Position numbers and translations under genes: made by a program. DNA of 64,000 bases, taken from assembly GCA_965217865.1 (NCBI GenBank), contig CBDCJO010000002.1:3584001-3648000 (forward strand), in the 5' to 3' direction. Source of the stretch: Candidatus Latescibacterota bacterium. Lineage in GTDB: Bacteria > Latescibacterota > UBA2968 > SICM01. The first letter of the stretch is position 1, and every line of letters begins with the position of its first letter. Shown one piece after another: positions 21,135 through 31,796 of the stretch. The notes beneath the pieces are model-generated. The model was not told where the DNA came from, did not search any database, and saw only the letters and a list, made by a program, of their open reading frames with translations.

Positions 21135-23799
21135 ATGAGCCATGAACATCGAACGATTCTCCTTTTTGCGACGATGGTGGGTATACTCTTCATTCTTGTT
21201 CCACACGTTCTTTGGGCTCAAAGGGGGGAAGTGGTCATCTCGACCCTTGCGGGAGGGGGAAGCTCAAGGGGAGATGGAGACCTGGCGACCCGGGCCAGAC
21301 TCCTCCGGCCCAGGGGGGTGGCTGTAGACCGGGAGGGAAACGTCTATATCGCGGACTCTTTCGACGAGCTTGTTCGACGCGTGGGACCGGAGGGAATCAT
21401 TACCACCTATGCGGGGGGGGGTCAGTATCAACGAAGTCAGAGACGCCAGAAGAGTCATCAGAACGCCGACCAGGCTGGCCTTGGATTCCAGCGGTCTGGT
21501 CTACATCGCCGATCTGGCTCTGGATCGAATTCAACGCGTGGAGGCAGACGGCTCCCTTGATACCTATGCAGGGGGAGCCTCCAGCCAGGGACCGAACGGG
21601 GACGGTCTTCTGGCAACCGCTGCAAGGGTAGATGGACCGAGGGGAATTGCCTTCGATGCGGCCGGAAACCTCTATATCGCTGAAACGAACGATGACCGGA
21701 TACGTCGTGTAGAGGTATTCGGACGTATATCCACCTTTGCCGGCACCGGTGATCCCGGGTTTTTTGGAGACCGAGGATCAGCAGATCAGGCGATGTTGGA
21801 CTCTCCCAGAGGCGTTGCAGTCGGTGTCAGGGGAAATGTTTATGTCGCTGATACAAACAACCAGCGAATCAGGCGCGTGGGAACCGACGGCATCATCACC
21901 ACCTTCGCGGGCTCGGGAAACTTCGGATTTTCCGGGGACGGCGGACCGGCGATTGAGGCCAGCCTGGCCAATCCCGAAGCCGTCGCCACGGATTCGAGAG
22001 GGAATGTTTACATCGCGGACACATCGAATCACCGCATCCGCGTCGTAAACATCTCCGGTATTATCACCACTTTTGCCGGGACGGGCAGGGACAGTTTTTC
22101 AGGTGACGGAGGTCCTCCAACAGCGGCTGACTTGAGTCGGCCTTTTGATGTGGCCGTTGATCTTCAAGGGACGGTTTATATCGCAGACACTTTTAACCAA
22201 CGGGTTCGGCGCGTCGGTATGCCGGTTCAATCGATGACCCCAGCCCTGAGCTTATCGGTTTCTTGGTTACTGTATGAAAGCACGGGTGTCGGCGAGATAT
22301 CAGAGAAGACCCTGGAGATATCAAACACCGGAGATGGAATCCTTTCAACAGAAATCAGTTTAGGAGGGGAGGACGCCGATCAGTTTGTTTTGTCTCAGAC
22401 GGAGCTCAGGATACCGGCCGGCAGAGAGGTAACCGTGAATGTGCTGTTTTTGCCGGTATCGGAGGGACCGAAGCGGGCTTCGGTTTCAATTAAACACAAC
22501 GCCGTAGGGAGCCCTTCGTCGATTGAATTGAAGGGGACGGGGGCTGGAATTCATCGTATCGAAACCTTTGCGGGCACTGATAATCTAGGATTTCCAGGAT
22601 TTTCCGGGGACGGCGGACCGGCGATTGAGGCCCTCCTGAATACCCCCCATGCCGTTGTCTCGGATAGCCATGGGAATCTCTTTATCGCTGATAGCTTTAA
22701 CGACCGGATTCGGAAGGTAAGCCCGGACGGAATTATTTCGACGATTGCAGGCACCGGGAGCGGGGGGGGTTCAGGGGATGAGGGACCTGCCACACAGGCT
22801 CAGTTGAATTTTCCCGGAGATATAGCGACGGATTCTCAGGGGGTCATTTACATCGCCGACGCGGGCAATCACCGCGTTCGCCGGTTAGATCCGGAGGGAA
22901 CAATCACGACCTTCGCGGGTTCGGGTGTCGAGGGGTTCTCAGGGGATGGAGGGCCGGCCACCGAGGCTCGCCTGGACTTCCCGATCGGTGTGGCAGTTGA
23001 TCCCCAGGGTTTTGTCTATATCGTGGACTCGAACAACCACCGTATACGGGGCGTGACCCCGGAAGGGATCATCACGACCTTTGCGGGTTCGGGGTCTGCC
23101 GGTCTGGGAAACGGCGCCTATTCGGGCGATGGTGGACTAGCGAATGAAGCTCGTTTGAACAATCCATTAGGCATGGGGTTGGATGCACAGGGTTCGGTTT
23201 ACATCGCGGATTCGGGTAATCATAGGATACGCCGCGTGAACCCAGAGGGGGTCACGACGACATTTGCCGGCTCGGGAACGGAAGGATATTCAGGGGATGG
23301 GAGATCCCCGGTTAAAGCCCAGTTAAGAACGCCAAGGGGCGTAACTATCGATCCAAATGGTATCGTATACATCGCGGACTCGGGCAATCATCGGATACGA
23401 CGGGTAAACCTGGATGGAATCATGACGACCTTCGCCGGTCCCGTGGGCTCTACCCTCGAACAGAGCGGTGATTCCGGGGACGGGGGGCCGGCCGCAGAAG
23501 CCCGTTTGAACTTCCCCACCAGCCTGGCCGTGGATGCGGAAGGGTTAGTATACATTGCGGATTCAGGTAATCACAGGATTCGGGTGGTCGAGATGGAAGG
23601 CGGCGGCCTCGGGGGTGGTGGAGAAGGACTTTCTTCTGACTTCGACAATGACGGGGATGTGGACTTCGATGATTTCTTTGCGTTCGCAGCGGCTTTTGGA
23701 AAGGAAGCATTGGGGGCGGACGCGAGATTCGATCTGGACGGGGACGGCGAGGTGAATTTTGATGACTTCTTCGAGTTTGCAGCGGCGTTTGGAACGTAA
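21135..23799 (+). CDS. Secreted NHL-repeat protein with ASH/choice-of-anchor-D-like Ig domain and EF-hand/dockerin-like tail; frameshift in the G run near 21415
   Basis: About 11 GDGGPA..A.L..P.GVAVD..G.VYIAD..N.RIR repeats; ISNTGDGIL domain; SDFDNDGDVDFDDFFAFA. Confidence 0.88.
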
Positions 23800-24001
23800 A
23801 TGTAAAGCGGGGGGTCGGAGACCGGAGGTCAGAGGTCAGGGAAGGAAATTGCAAAGTGAAAAATGGAGAATGCAAAAATGTAAGACTCTAAATTAAAGTC
23901 TTTATTCCTCTTCCCTATTAAGGAAGGGGCTTAGGGGTTAGGTTTGACCCCTCACCGAATTTTGTATGTTCGGCATAACTATTCTTGGATTGGATTACCT
24001 T

Positions 24002-24031
24002 CGTAGGGGCACGACGCATCGTGCCCCTACG
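24002..24031. repeat. GTAG-family REP palindrome
   Basis: CGTAGGGGCACGA-CGCA-TCGTGCCCCTACG. Confidence 0.75.
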
Positions 24032-24288
24032 GGGCTTTATAGCGGGTTATTCTGCTTGACAACCTTTGGATTCCACGTCATCATAACTTCAAGTTGACGA
24101 CGACGGATGCCCTCAGCAGCTTTGTAGGGCACGTTCTCAGTTCGTTTTTAAAGAACGGATCGGCAGTTGGGAAAAAAATCCCGAGCAATAAAAAGACAGG
24201 GGAGAGACCCCAATTATCCATCGGGTTCCCCAGCCCCACCCTTCGACCTGGTCATCGTGGGACTTTGCGTTAGGTTATTTCGGTCGCA

Positions 24289-26526
24289 TTGGTTTACCTG
24301 CCGGGTATAGAGGGGTATATCCTGCTGCCGAAGCTGTTGGCATTTCAGGTATGTCTCGCAATATGTCTGGTTGGATGGCTTGCGAAGACAGGATGGGGGC
24401 GTGAGGTTCGATTTCGCTCAAGCCCGCTCAACTTGCCCGTGGTTCTGCTGCTTGGCTCCGCATTGATATCCGCTCCGGCCACCACGCATCCCCTGGATAC
24501 CGTAGTCGAACTGTGCAATCTCGGCACACTGGTCATTCTTTTTTTTATCGTGGCGAACACGATTCCCCTCAATAGATTCGAACCTGTTTTGTGGGGGTTC
24601 ACTTTCGCGGGGTTGGTCGTTGCGTTGATCGGCATCCTGCAATATCACAATATCGCTTTTTTAAGAATTCCTTCCAACGCACTTCCCAGCGCGACTTTCG
24701 GCAACCGCAACCTCGCCGCAGAATACCTGATCTGCGTCATCCCGATTTCCGGGTTTCTGTTTCTCCGCCGGGGAGCGGGTTTTTTTGTTTGCGGCCTCTC
24801 AACCACCCTGATGGGCGTGTTCCTGGTTTACACCCGCACTCGCGGCGCGTGGTTGGGGGCGGGGGGGGCGGTTCTCTTCGTGGGAGGGCTGCTTGCTTTC
24901 TGTCCGGCGCTGCGCCGTCCTATTTTCGAGGCTGTTCGATCCGAGATGGATCGCCGTAAGTGGTCTATCGTATCCGGCTTCCTGGTCCTGTTCGTCCTCC
25001 TCTCAAGCCTCCCCCCTTATCGGGACCTCGATTCCTTTGAGGGCAAGGCGCTGCGTAGGCTCCCCGAAACCAAGAAAGGGGTTGTTTCTGCGGCCGCATC
25101 GATTTTCAAGAAGGAATCGATACAGGAGGGGGGAATTGTCGAGCGGCTGGCATTATGGCGAGGGGCCCTTGATATGGTCGGTGATCACCCCATTCTTGGG
25201 GTGGGGCCGGGAGGATGGATTCGAACTTATCCGCTCTACGATGGCGGCATCACGGTCACGATAGGGGGATATCACAGGCGGCCCCACAACGATTACCTGT
25301 GGATCGCCTCTGAGTATGGCCTATTGGGTCTCGGCATCTATATCTGGTTTCTGATCGCAGGCTTCCGGTGTCTTGTGGGTATGGTCCGCGGACCAGATCG
25401 GATTGCCAGAATCGCTGCGCCGATGTTCGCGTTATCCCTTTTATCCCTTCTGGGTGCCGCGTTCGTGGGTTTCCCAAGAGAAGAGGTTCAGACCGCCCTT
25501 TTTCCATACCTGCTGTTCGGGGTTGCTGCGGGAGCCACTGCCCGCGGACCCATCCCAGGCTCAACTTTTTCCCTGGGCCGTTGGATCGTCGTAATCTTTC
25601 TGGCTATCTCCCTGGGCGCCGCCGAACTGTCCCGGCGTCGGATCAGTTTCGACCGGCATTTTCTTCGGGCGTACCGGGCGGCATCCGTAGAAGAATGGCC
25701 GGGTGTCCTGGACGAAGCCGATCGTGCGTGGGGATTTGGTTCCTTCCGGACGGACCTGTTGTTTTTCAAGGGAGCGGCACTCCAAAGGATGAGACGTTAT
25801 CCGGAAGCTGAACGAGCTTATCGAAAGGCGCTGGCTCTGGCCCCGAACGCCTGGTATGTTCACGATGGCCTGGGATTTGTGTATATGCAGATGGACCTTT
25901 TCGAAAAGGCGTTGGAACATTGCGATAAGGCTCTGGCCATCTGTCCAGGTGCAGGGCATATTCGAGCATATCTCGGCATGATTTATTCGCGAACCGGCCA
26001 TCCGAATTGGGCAAAAAAGGAGTTCAAGGCGGCCCTCGCAGCCGATCCCGAGCACACAGAAGCACGAATCTTTCTTGGTAACCTCTATCTGGAACAGGGT
26101 CAGCCGGATAGCTCGATTGTCGAATATCAACAGGCCCTTCAGATCGACCCCGATCTGGACCGTGCACATCTGAACCTTGCTGCGGTATACCAGCAACAGG
26201 AGCGATTCCAGGAGGCTCTTGTTCATTATCGTAAAGCGCTCCGGACTTTCTCCGAGAATCCCAAGGTTCAATGGGGTCTGGGAACGGCTCTGGAGGCGGC
26301 TGGAGATGAGAGGGGAGCAGAAACGGCGTACCGGAAGGCGATTGATCTGAATCCGGAATTCGCGCAGGCCCATTTCGCCCTTGGGAATCTGACATATCAA
26401 TCTGGACGATATAAAGAAGCACAAGAGGCATACCGGATGTTCCTGGGCTTCTGGAAAGGTGATGCGGACTTCGCCCAGTTTGCAAAAGACAGGATCGCGC
26501 GGTGCGAACGGCGTTCGAAAAATTAA
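24289..26526 (+). CDS. O-antigen ligase (Wzy_C) family protein with TPR repeats
   Basis: ATFGNRN, TRTRGAW, R..LW...DHPILGVGPG, PHNDYL; C-terminal TPRs. Confidence 0.88.
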   Translation: MVYLPGIEGYILLPKLLAFQVCLAICLVGWLAKTGWGREVRFRSSPLNLPVVLLLGSALISAPATTHPLDTVVELCNLGTLVILFFIVANTIPLNRFEPVLWGFTFAGLVVALIGILQYHNIAFLRIPSNALPSATFGNRNLAAEYLICVIPISGFLFLRRGAGFFVCGLSTTLMGVFLVYTRTRGAWLGAGGAVLFVGGLLAFCPALRRPIFEAVRSEMDRRKWSIVSGFLVLFVLLSSLPPYRDLDSFEGKALRRLPETKKGVVSAAASIFKKESIQEGGIVERLALWRGALDMVGDHPILGVGPGGWIRTYPLYDGGITVTIGGYHRRPHNDYLWIASEYGLLGLGIYIWFLIAGFRCLVGMVRGPDRIARIAAPMFALSLLSLLGAAFVGFPREEVQTALFPYLLFGVAAGATARGPIPGSTFSLGRWIVVIFLAISLGAAELSRRRISFDRHFLRAYRAASVEEWPGVLDEADRAWGFGSFRTDLLFFKGAALQRMRRYPEAERAYRKALALAPNAWYVHDGLGFVYMQMDLFEKALEHCDKALAICPGAGHIRAYLGMIYSRTGHPNWAKKEFKAALAADPEHTEARIFLGNLYLEQGQPDSSIVEYQQALQIDPDLDRAHLNLAAVYQQQERFQEALVHYRKALRTFSENPKVQWGLGTALEAAGDERGAETAYRKAIDLNPEFAQAHFALGNLTYQSGRYKEAQEAYRMFLGFWKGDADFAQFAKDRIARCERRSKN

Positions 26527-26745
26527 TACCTTCGTGCGACATCGGATCGATGCGTGTAAAGTTTCCTCTTTTTCAAAACCGATTACTATTAAGCTCCGAA
26601 GACGGGTGCTTCGGGGCTTTTATCGTTTTTTTCTGCTTGACAACCTATGGATTCCACGCCATCATGACCCAGGTCTTAAAAGAAATAGAAAAGCTTTTCG
26701 GCCTTTTCTCAACCTCCTGATCGTGGCAATCTGAATAGCCTGGAG

Positions 26746-27477
26746 ATGTTTATGTTTGAAGAGATTAATAATCAACGCGGGGAAAGGTTGGATTATAGTT
26801 TTCACGAGGGTGAAAAGGCCTCCAAAAACATCGTGGTCCTCGGACATGGCGTCACCGGCAACAAAGACCGGCCATTTATCGTCGCTCTGGGTGAGGGATT
26901 GGCTGCTCAGGGATTTTCTGCTTTAAGGATCTCGTTCTCGGGAAACGGCGCCTCGGGAGGGAGTTTCATCGACTCCAATATTTCCAAAGAGGTCGATGAC
27001 CTTGGAGCGGTACTGGATGCCCTTGTGGGATATTCTATCGGTTATGTGGGTCACAGCATGGGCAGTGCGGTGGGTGTGCTTTTGGCCAGCATGGATGATC
27101 GCGTGAAGTTCCTTGTTTCCCTCGCGGGAATGGTTCATACGGGTGCATTCGCCCAGCGTGAATTTTCGGACGTGACGCCGGGGCAGGGTACCATGTGGGA
27201 CGACCCGGACTGTCCTCTCTCTCAGGCTTACATGGATGATTTGATGCAGATCGATACGGTCATTGGGTGCACAACCCATATCCGTGTTCCCTGGTTGCTG
27301 GTCCACGGGAAAGATGACGACGTCGTCCCCGTCCAGGATTCACACGACATCTTTCAAAAGGCGAACGAACCGAAACAGTTGATCGAGATCGACGGTGCGG
27401 GCCACATCTTTTCCGGTGATTCGACTGGTGTCATGGTCGATAAGGTGGTGGACTGGATCAAAAATCAATATGGGTGA
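26746..27477 (+). CDS. Alpha/beta hydrolase
   Basis: GHGVTGN, GHSMG nucleophile elbow, VHGKDDDVVP, GAGHIF. Confidence 0.9.
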   Translation: MFMFEEINNQRGERLDYSFHEGEKASKNIVVLGHGVTGNKDRPFIVALGEGLAAQGFSALRISFSGNGASGGSFIDSNISKEVDDLGAVLDALVGYSIGYVGHSMGSAVGVLLASMDDRVKFLVSLAGMVHTGAFAQREFSDVTPGQGTMWDDPDCPLSQAYMDDLMQIDTVIGCTTHIRVPWLLVHGKDDDVVPVQDSHDIFQKANEPKQLIEIDGAGHIFSGDSTGVMVDKVVDWIKNQYG

Positions 27478-27490
27478 TCGGATAAGTTAG

Positions 27491-27952
27491 ATGAAGATCC
27501 AAGTTGGGGATGTGGCCCCCGACTTTTCTACCCCCGACCAGAACGGTAAGCTGGTTTCCCTCGCTGACTTTCGAGGGAAAGCGGTCGTGCTCTACTTCTA
27601 CCCGAGGGACGACACTCCCGGCTGCACGAGAGAGGCAAAGGGATTCCGGGACTCTTATCAGGCCTTCACCGAAGAAGGGGCCGTCGTGATCGGGGTGAGT
27701 GCAGACTCCCAGGAAAGCCACCTCTCCTTCGCCACCTGCCATCGCTTGCCCTTCCCTCTCCTTTCAGACGCAGACGGGTCCCTTCGCAAGTCGTTCGGCG
27801 TGCCGAGAACACTGGGCATACTGGACGGGCGGGTCACTTACGTTCTCGACGGGCATGGTGTAATACGGGATGTGTTCGCCTCCCAGTTTTTGCCCGATCT
27901 TCACATTTCCCGATCGCTGAAGGCGGTGTGCCGATTGGCGAATCGAGGGTAA
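27491..27952 (+). CDS. bcp: Peroxiredoxin, BCP/PrxQ family
   Basis: YFYPRDDTPGCTREA. Confidence 0.9.
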   Translation: MKIQVGDVAPDFSTPDQNGKLVSLADFRGKAVVLYFYPRDDTPGCTREAKGFRDSYQAFTEEGAVVIGVSADSQESHLSFATCHRLPFPLLSDADGSLRKSFGVPRTLGILDGRVTYVLDGHGVIRDVFASQFLPDLHISRSLKAVCRLANRG

Positions 27953-27958
27953 GCTCCG

Positions 27959-28828
27959 ATGGAATCCGAGCCGATTCTCTATGAGTCCCATATGCACACC
28001 CCCCTGTGCAAACATGCCTCCGGGGATCCTGAGGAATACGCCGAAGCCGCTCGACATCGTGGACTGAAGGGGATCATCGTCACCTGTCATAATCCCACGA
28101 ATGACGGATGGTCTCCCGCCACCCGAATGGATCGTGATGAATTCGAGGATTACCTCGCCCTGGTTGAAAGGGCCAGGGAAGCCTGGACGGGACGGATCGA
28201 CGTTCGACTGGGGCTGGAAAGCGATTTTGCACCGGGAATGGAAGAGTGGTTGGAAGATCTTCACAGCCGAGCCAGGTTCCATCACGTGCTCGGGTCCGTC
28301 CATCCCACGCTTCCGGACTATCAGGATCGATACCTCTCCGGAGATCTTGAAGCCTTTCAGCGAACCTACTTCGAGCATCTCGCCATGGCGGCGGAAACGG
28401 GGCTTTTCGATACGATCGCCCATCCTGACCTGGTCAAACTCGTGGAGCCGTCGGAATGGAAGGTCGAGGTCCTGATGGACCACATCTGTCGTTGTCTGGA
28501 CCGGATTGCCGCGACGGGAACGGCCATGGAGGTAAACACATCGGGGCTTAACAAGATCGTCCCGGAGATTAATCCCTGCCGACCTATTCTGGAGGAGATC
28601 TTCGAGCGGGACATCCCGGTGGTTTTAGGGGCGGACGCTCATCAACCGGAAAGGACTGCCGCGGCGTTTGAAGTCGCAATGGATCTGCTCACGGAGATCG
28701 GGTTTACCCATATCAACATCTTTCTGGATCGAAATCGTCTGGCACTCGACATCGGTCAGGCCCGCCGGAGTTTGCGTTTCGAATCAGTCCCTGAATTCAT
28801 TGATCGAAGGGGATTCATAAAGGGATGA
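27959..28828 (+). CDS. PHP-family histidinol-phosphatase (HisJ/HisK-like)
   Basis: SHMHTPLCKHA, LGLESDF, GSVH, AHPDLVK, EVNTSG, GADAH. Confidence 0.85.
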   Translation: MESEPILYESHMHTPLCKHASGDPEEYAEAARHRGLKGIIVTCHNPTNDGWSPATRMDRDEFEDYLALVERAREAWTGRIDVRLGLESDFAPGMEEWLEDLHSRARFHHVLGSVHPTLPDYQDRYLSGDLEAFQRTYFEHLAMAAETGLFDTIAHPDLVKLVEPSEWKVEVLMDHICRCLDRIAATGTAMEVNTSGLNKIVPEINPCRPILEEIFERDIPVVLGADAHQPERTAAAFEVAMDLLTEIGFTHINIFLDRNRLALDIGQARRSLRFESVPEFIDRRGFIKG

Positions 28829-29667
28829 CCACCCCGCGTAGAGAGAAATACCGGGTCAGCATTGACCAGATCTGTTTTTTCGGTCACAATGGCTATTTGA
28901 AGGTCCAGGGAATTATTTCGGATTCGGAGCTGGCTGAGCTGGATGAACATTCCATGAACATGGCCATGAATCGGGTCTATCTGAGGTTGCCGGAGGACGT
29001 AAAACCCCGGAACGAGGGAACTTCACCAGCCGAGATGGAGGACAAGTACTTTCGCTTCATCCAGTTTCACCGGCACCTGGAAATCCACGAGCACTTTATG
29101 TTGCATCCCGGGATTCTTGATGTCCTGGAGGTCTTGATCGGGCCCGATGTCATGACGATGCAGAGCATGCTCTTTCTGAAACCCCCTGGGAAACCCGGCC
29201 AGGCCTATCATCAGGACTCTTTCTACATCGACACGGCGCCCGACACCCTCTGCGGGGCCTGGATTGCGATTGATGACTGCGATGAGGAGAACGGCTGCAT
29301 GAGCGCAATTCCCGGTTCCAATTTATTCCCGGTCTTTCAAAATGTTACGTCCCCGGAGAGCACGGATGATTTTCAAGAGGGGCTGACCGAGGTCGTCGGA
29401 GTTGAGGATAGGAAAGAAGCATTTCTTAAGGCCAAGGCGGGAGATGTGATTTATTTTCACGGCCATCTGATCCATCGGTCCCGTCAGAACAGAAGCAGGG
29501 ACCGCTTTCGAAGGGCTTATGTCTGTCACTACGCCAACGCGCGGTCCTATACGAAATGGGGCGGAGGAAACGCGAATCACATTCTTGCCCGGGGGGAAAC
29601 CCATTTGCCGTTCGCCCGGGCAAAATTTATGGATCACAAACCTGAACCCGTGGAACGTTTAAATTAA
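28825..29667 (+). CDS. Phytanoyl-CoA dioxygenase family protein
   Basis: HQD...WIAIDD..ENGC..IPGS, FHGHLIHRS. Confidence 0.9.
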   Translation: MTTPRREKYRVSIDQICFFGHNGYLKVQGIISDSELAELDEHSMNMAMNRVYLRLPEDVKPRNEGTSPAEMEDKYFRFIQFHRHLEIHEHFMLHPGILDVLEVLIGPDVMTMQSMLFLKPPGKPGQAYHQDSFYIDTAPDTLCGAWIAIDDCDEENGCMSAIPGSNLFPVFQNVTSPESTDDFQEGLTEVVGVEDRKEAFLKAKAGDVIYFHGHLIHRSRQNRSRDRFRRAYVCHYANARSYTKWGGGNANHILARGETHLPFARAKFMDHKPEPVERLN

Positions 29668-29771
29668 GTCCTTCGACAATGTTGCCCGGCAACTATCATC
29701 TGGTTAAGTCGCTGAAGTTAAAATCGGAATAGCCCTTCTTCCTGACCCCTGAAAGACATCTGAAGGGACAG

Positions 29772-30551
29772 ATGGCAAAACGTCTGCAGGACAAAGTTGT
29801 GATCGTCACCGGAGGGGGCACGGGCATCGGCTTGGGAATCGCTCGGAGTTGTGTGCTGGAGGGGGCTGCGGTGGTGTTGGCGCAACGGAGATCCGAAATC
29901 GCAGAGCAGGAGGCCACGGCGTTGCGTGGGGACGGACATCGCGCCCTTGGCACCCGGTGCGATGTCAGTGTGCGGTCGGATGTCAAAGCGCTCGTGCAAA
30001 CCGCGGTCTCTGAATTCGGACGATTGGACGTGATGGTGAACAACGCCGCCCTTACGGGCCGTTCCGCTGAATCACGGCCTTTCATGGACGAAACGGACGA
30101 ACACTGGGGGAGAATCATAGGAATCAATCTCAATGGGGCATTTATCGGCACGCAAGAGGCCGCGCACCAGATGATCTCACAGGGGGGATCCGGCAGCATC
30201 ATCAACATCTCGTCCGTTGCGCAGTACGCTGCCCAGGAACACGCCGCGCCATACTGTGCAAGCAAGGCGGGCCTGGATGGGCTGACCAAAGCCGCGGCCA
30301 TCGAACTGGGGCCTTACGGGATCCGGGTCAACAACATCGCGCCGGGGGATATATTCACGGAGGCAAGCTCGGATATTCGGGAGAAGGCCACCGATCGTGG
30401 GGCAACCGGAAAGTTCTTTCGACACACTCCCCTGGACCGCCGAGGTCGGCCGAAGGAGGTCGGAACGGTCGTGGTCTTCCTTGCGAGTGAAGAGGCGAGT
30501 TTCGTCACCGGCGCGACCTGGCTGGTGGACGGCGGGTTTTTGAGTTATTGA
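29772..30551 (+). CDS. SDR oxidoreductase
   Basis: TGGGTGIG, NNAA, YCASK. Confidence 0.93.
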   Translation: MAKRLQDKVVIVTGGGTGIGLGIARSCVLEGAAVVLAQRRSEIAEQEATALRGDGHRALGTRCDVSVRSDVKALVQTAVSEFGRLDVMVNNAALTGRSAESRPFMDETDEHWGRIIGINLNGAFIGTQEAAHQMISQGGSGSIINISSVAQYAAQEHAAPYCASKAGLDGLTKAAAIELGPYGIRVNNIAPGDIFTEASSDIREKATDRGATGKFFRHTPLDRRGRPKEVGTVVVFLASEEASFVTGATWLVDGGFLSY

Positions 30552-30730
30552 TTAAATGGCAGAGGTCAGGGAAATTGAAGATTGGGGATCGGGTGTTGAA
30601 GATCAGGGGGAGAAAAATGCAAGGTGAAAAATGCAAAATGGAAATCGGAAAATAGGTCAGAATGAGAGTACGGCGACAGAAGCCCGGAGGAGGAAGTCAA
30701 AACCTGACCTCTTATAAGCCGGAGGGATAT

Positions 30731-31750
30731 ATGCGACTCTTTCTGGATTCCACGGCAGAGGTGGAGAACGGTCCCGAATTGCTGAAGCGCCTTCAACGGG
30801 ACAGCTACCTCTTCATTCGCGGTTTGCTGCCGGCGAATGTACTCGAAGGTTTGAGGATGCAGATCCTGGAGATCGCGCGGGAGGCGGGCTGGGTTAAATC
30901 GGGCACGCAGCTGGAGGACGGAATCGCGGATCTGGACAGTTTTTGCGTCGAGCCGGAGCCGGCCTACATGGAGATCCTCCGTCGTATCTACAAGCTGGCC
31001 GCGTTCCACGGGATTCAGCATCATCCCAAACTGATCGGGCTTTTTGAGCGTATGACCGGCGGCCCCGTGATGCCGCATCCGCGAATCATCAGCCGTACGA
31101 TCTTCCCCCAGCGGGAAGCATACACCACCCCGCCGCACCAGGACTTCATTCCGATCCAGGGAACGGCCAATACCTACACCACCTGGATCCCCTTAAGCGA
31201 CCTACCGCCCGAGATGGGAGGGCTTCAAATCTCATCCGGTTCACACAAGCACGGGGTGTTCGATTTTCGACCTGCAATGGGAGCGGGCGGCATGGAGGTG
31301 GTCGATCCCCTCGAGGACACCTGGGTGAGCGGCCCCTTTAAGCAGTCCGACGTACTCATCTTTCACAGCATGACGGTACATAAGGGGCTTCCCAACCGGG
31401 GAGACCGCCTGCGCTTGTCCATAGACGCCAGATATCAGAAGATCAGCGATCCGATCGACGGGGGAAGCCTCAAACCGCACGCCAAACCGATCACATGGGA
31501 AGAGGTATATGCGGATTGGCCCCCGGGGGGGGTACAATATTTTTGGAAAAAGTGGGATCTAAAAGTGATTGAATACGATCACAGCTACTACGAGAGGCGG
31601 GACCGAATGGCGTTCGAGATGGCTGCTAACGGCGACCGGACGGCCATTTCCGCCCTTCAAAGGATCCTATCCCGCGATGCCGACTCCGCCAAGCGGGAGA
31701 AAGCTCAGACCCTGCTCGCGGTTTTGAATGCTAACGAAGAGGAATCGTAA
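30731..31750 (+). CDS. Phytanoyl-CoA dioxygenase family protein with C-terminal extension
   Basis: RBS GGAGG; TPPHQD, WIPLSD, GSHK, FHSMTVHKG, RLSIDARYQ. Confidence 0.88.
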   Translation: MRLFLDSTAEVENGPELLKRLQRDSYLFIRGLLPANVLEGLRMQILEIAREAGWVKSGTQLEDGIADLDSFCVEPEPAYMEILRRIYKLAAFHGIQHHPKLIGLFERMTGGPVMPHPRIISRTIFPQREAYTTPPHQDFIPIQGTANTYTTWIPLSDLPPEMGGLQISSGSHKHGVFDFRPAMGAGGMEVVDPLEDTWVSGPFKQSDVLIFHSMTVHKGLPNRGDRLRLSIDARYQKISDPIDGGSLKPHAKPITWEEVYADWPPGGVQYFWKKWDLKVIEYDHSYYERRDRMAFEMAANGDRTAISALQRILSRDADSAKREKAQTLLAVLNANEEES

Positions 31751-31796
31751 GGGGCGATAGGTCCCGGTTGTATCGGTTTTGAACGGAGAAGGACCC

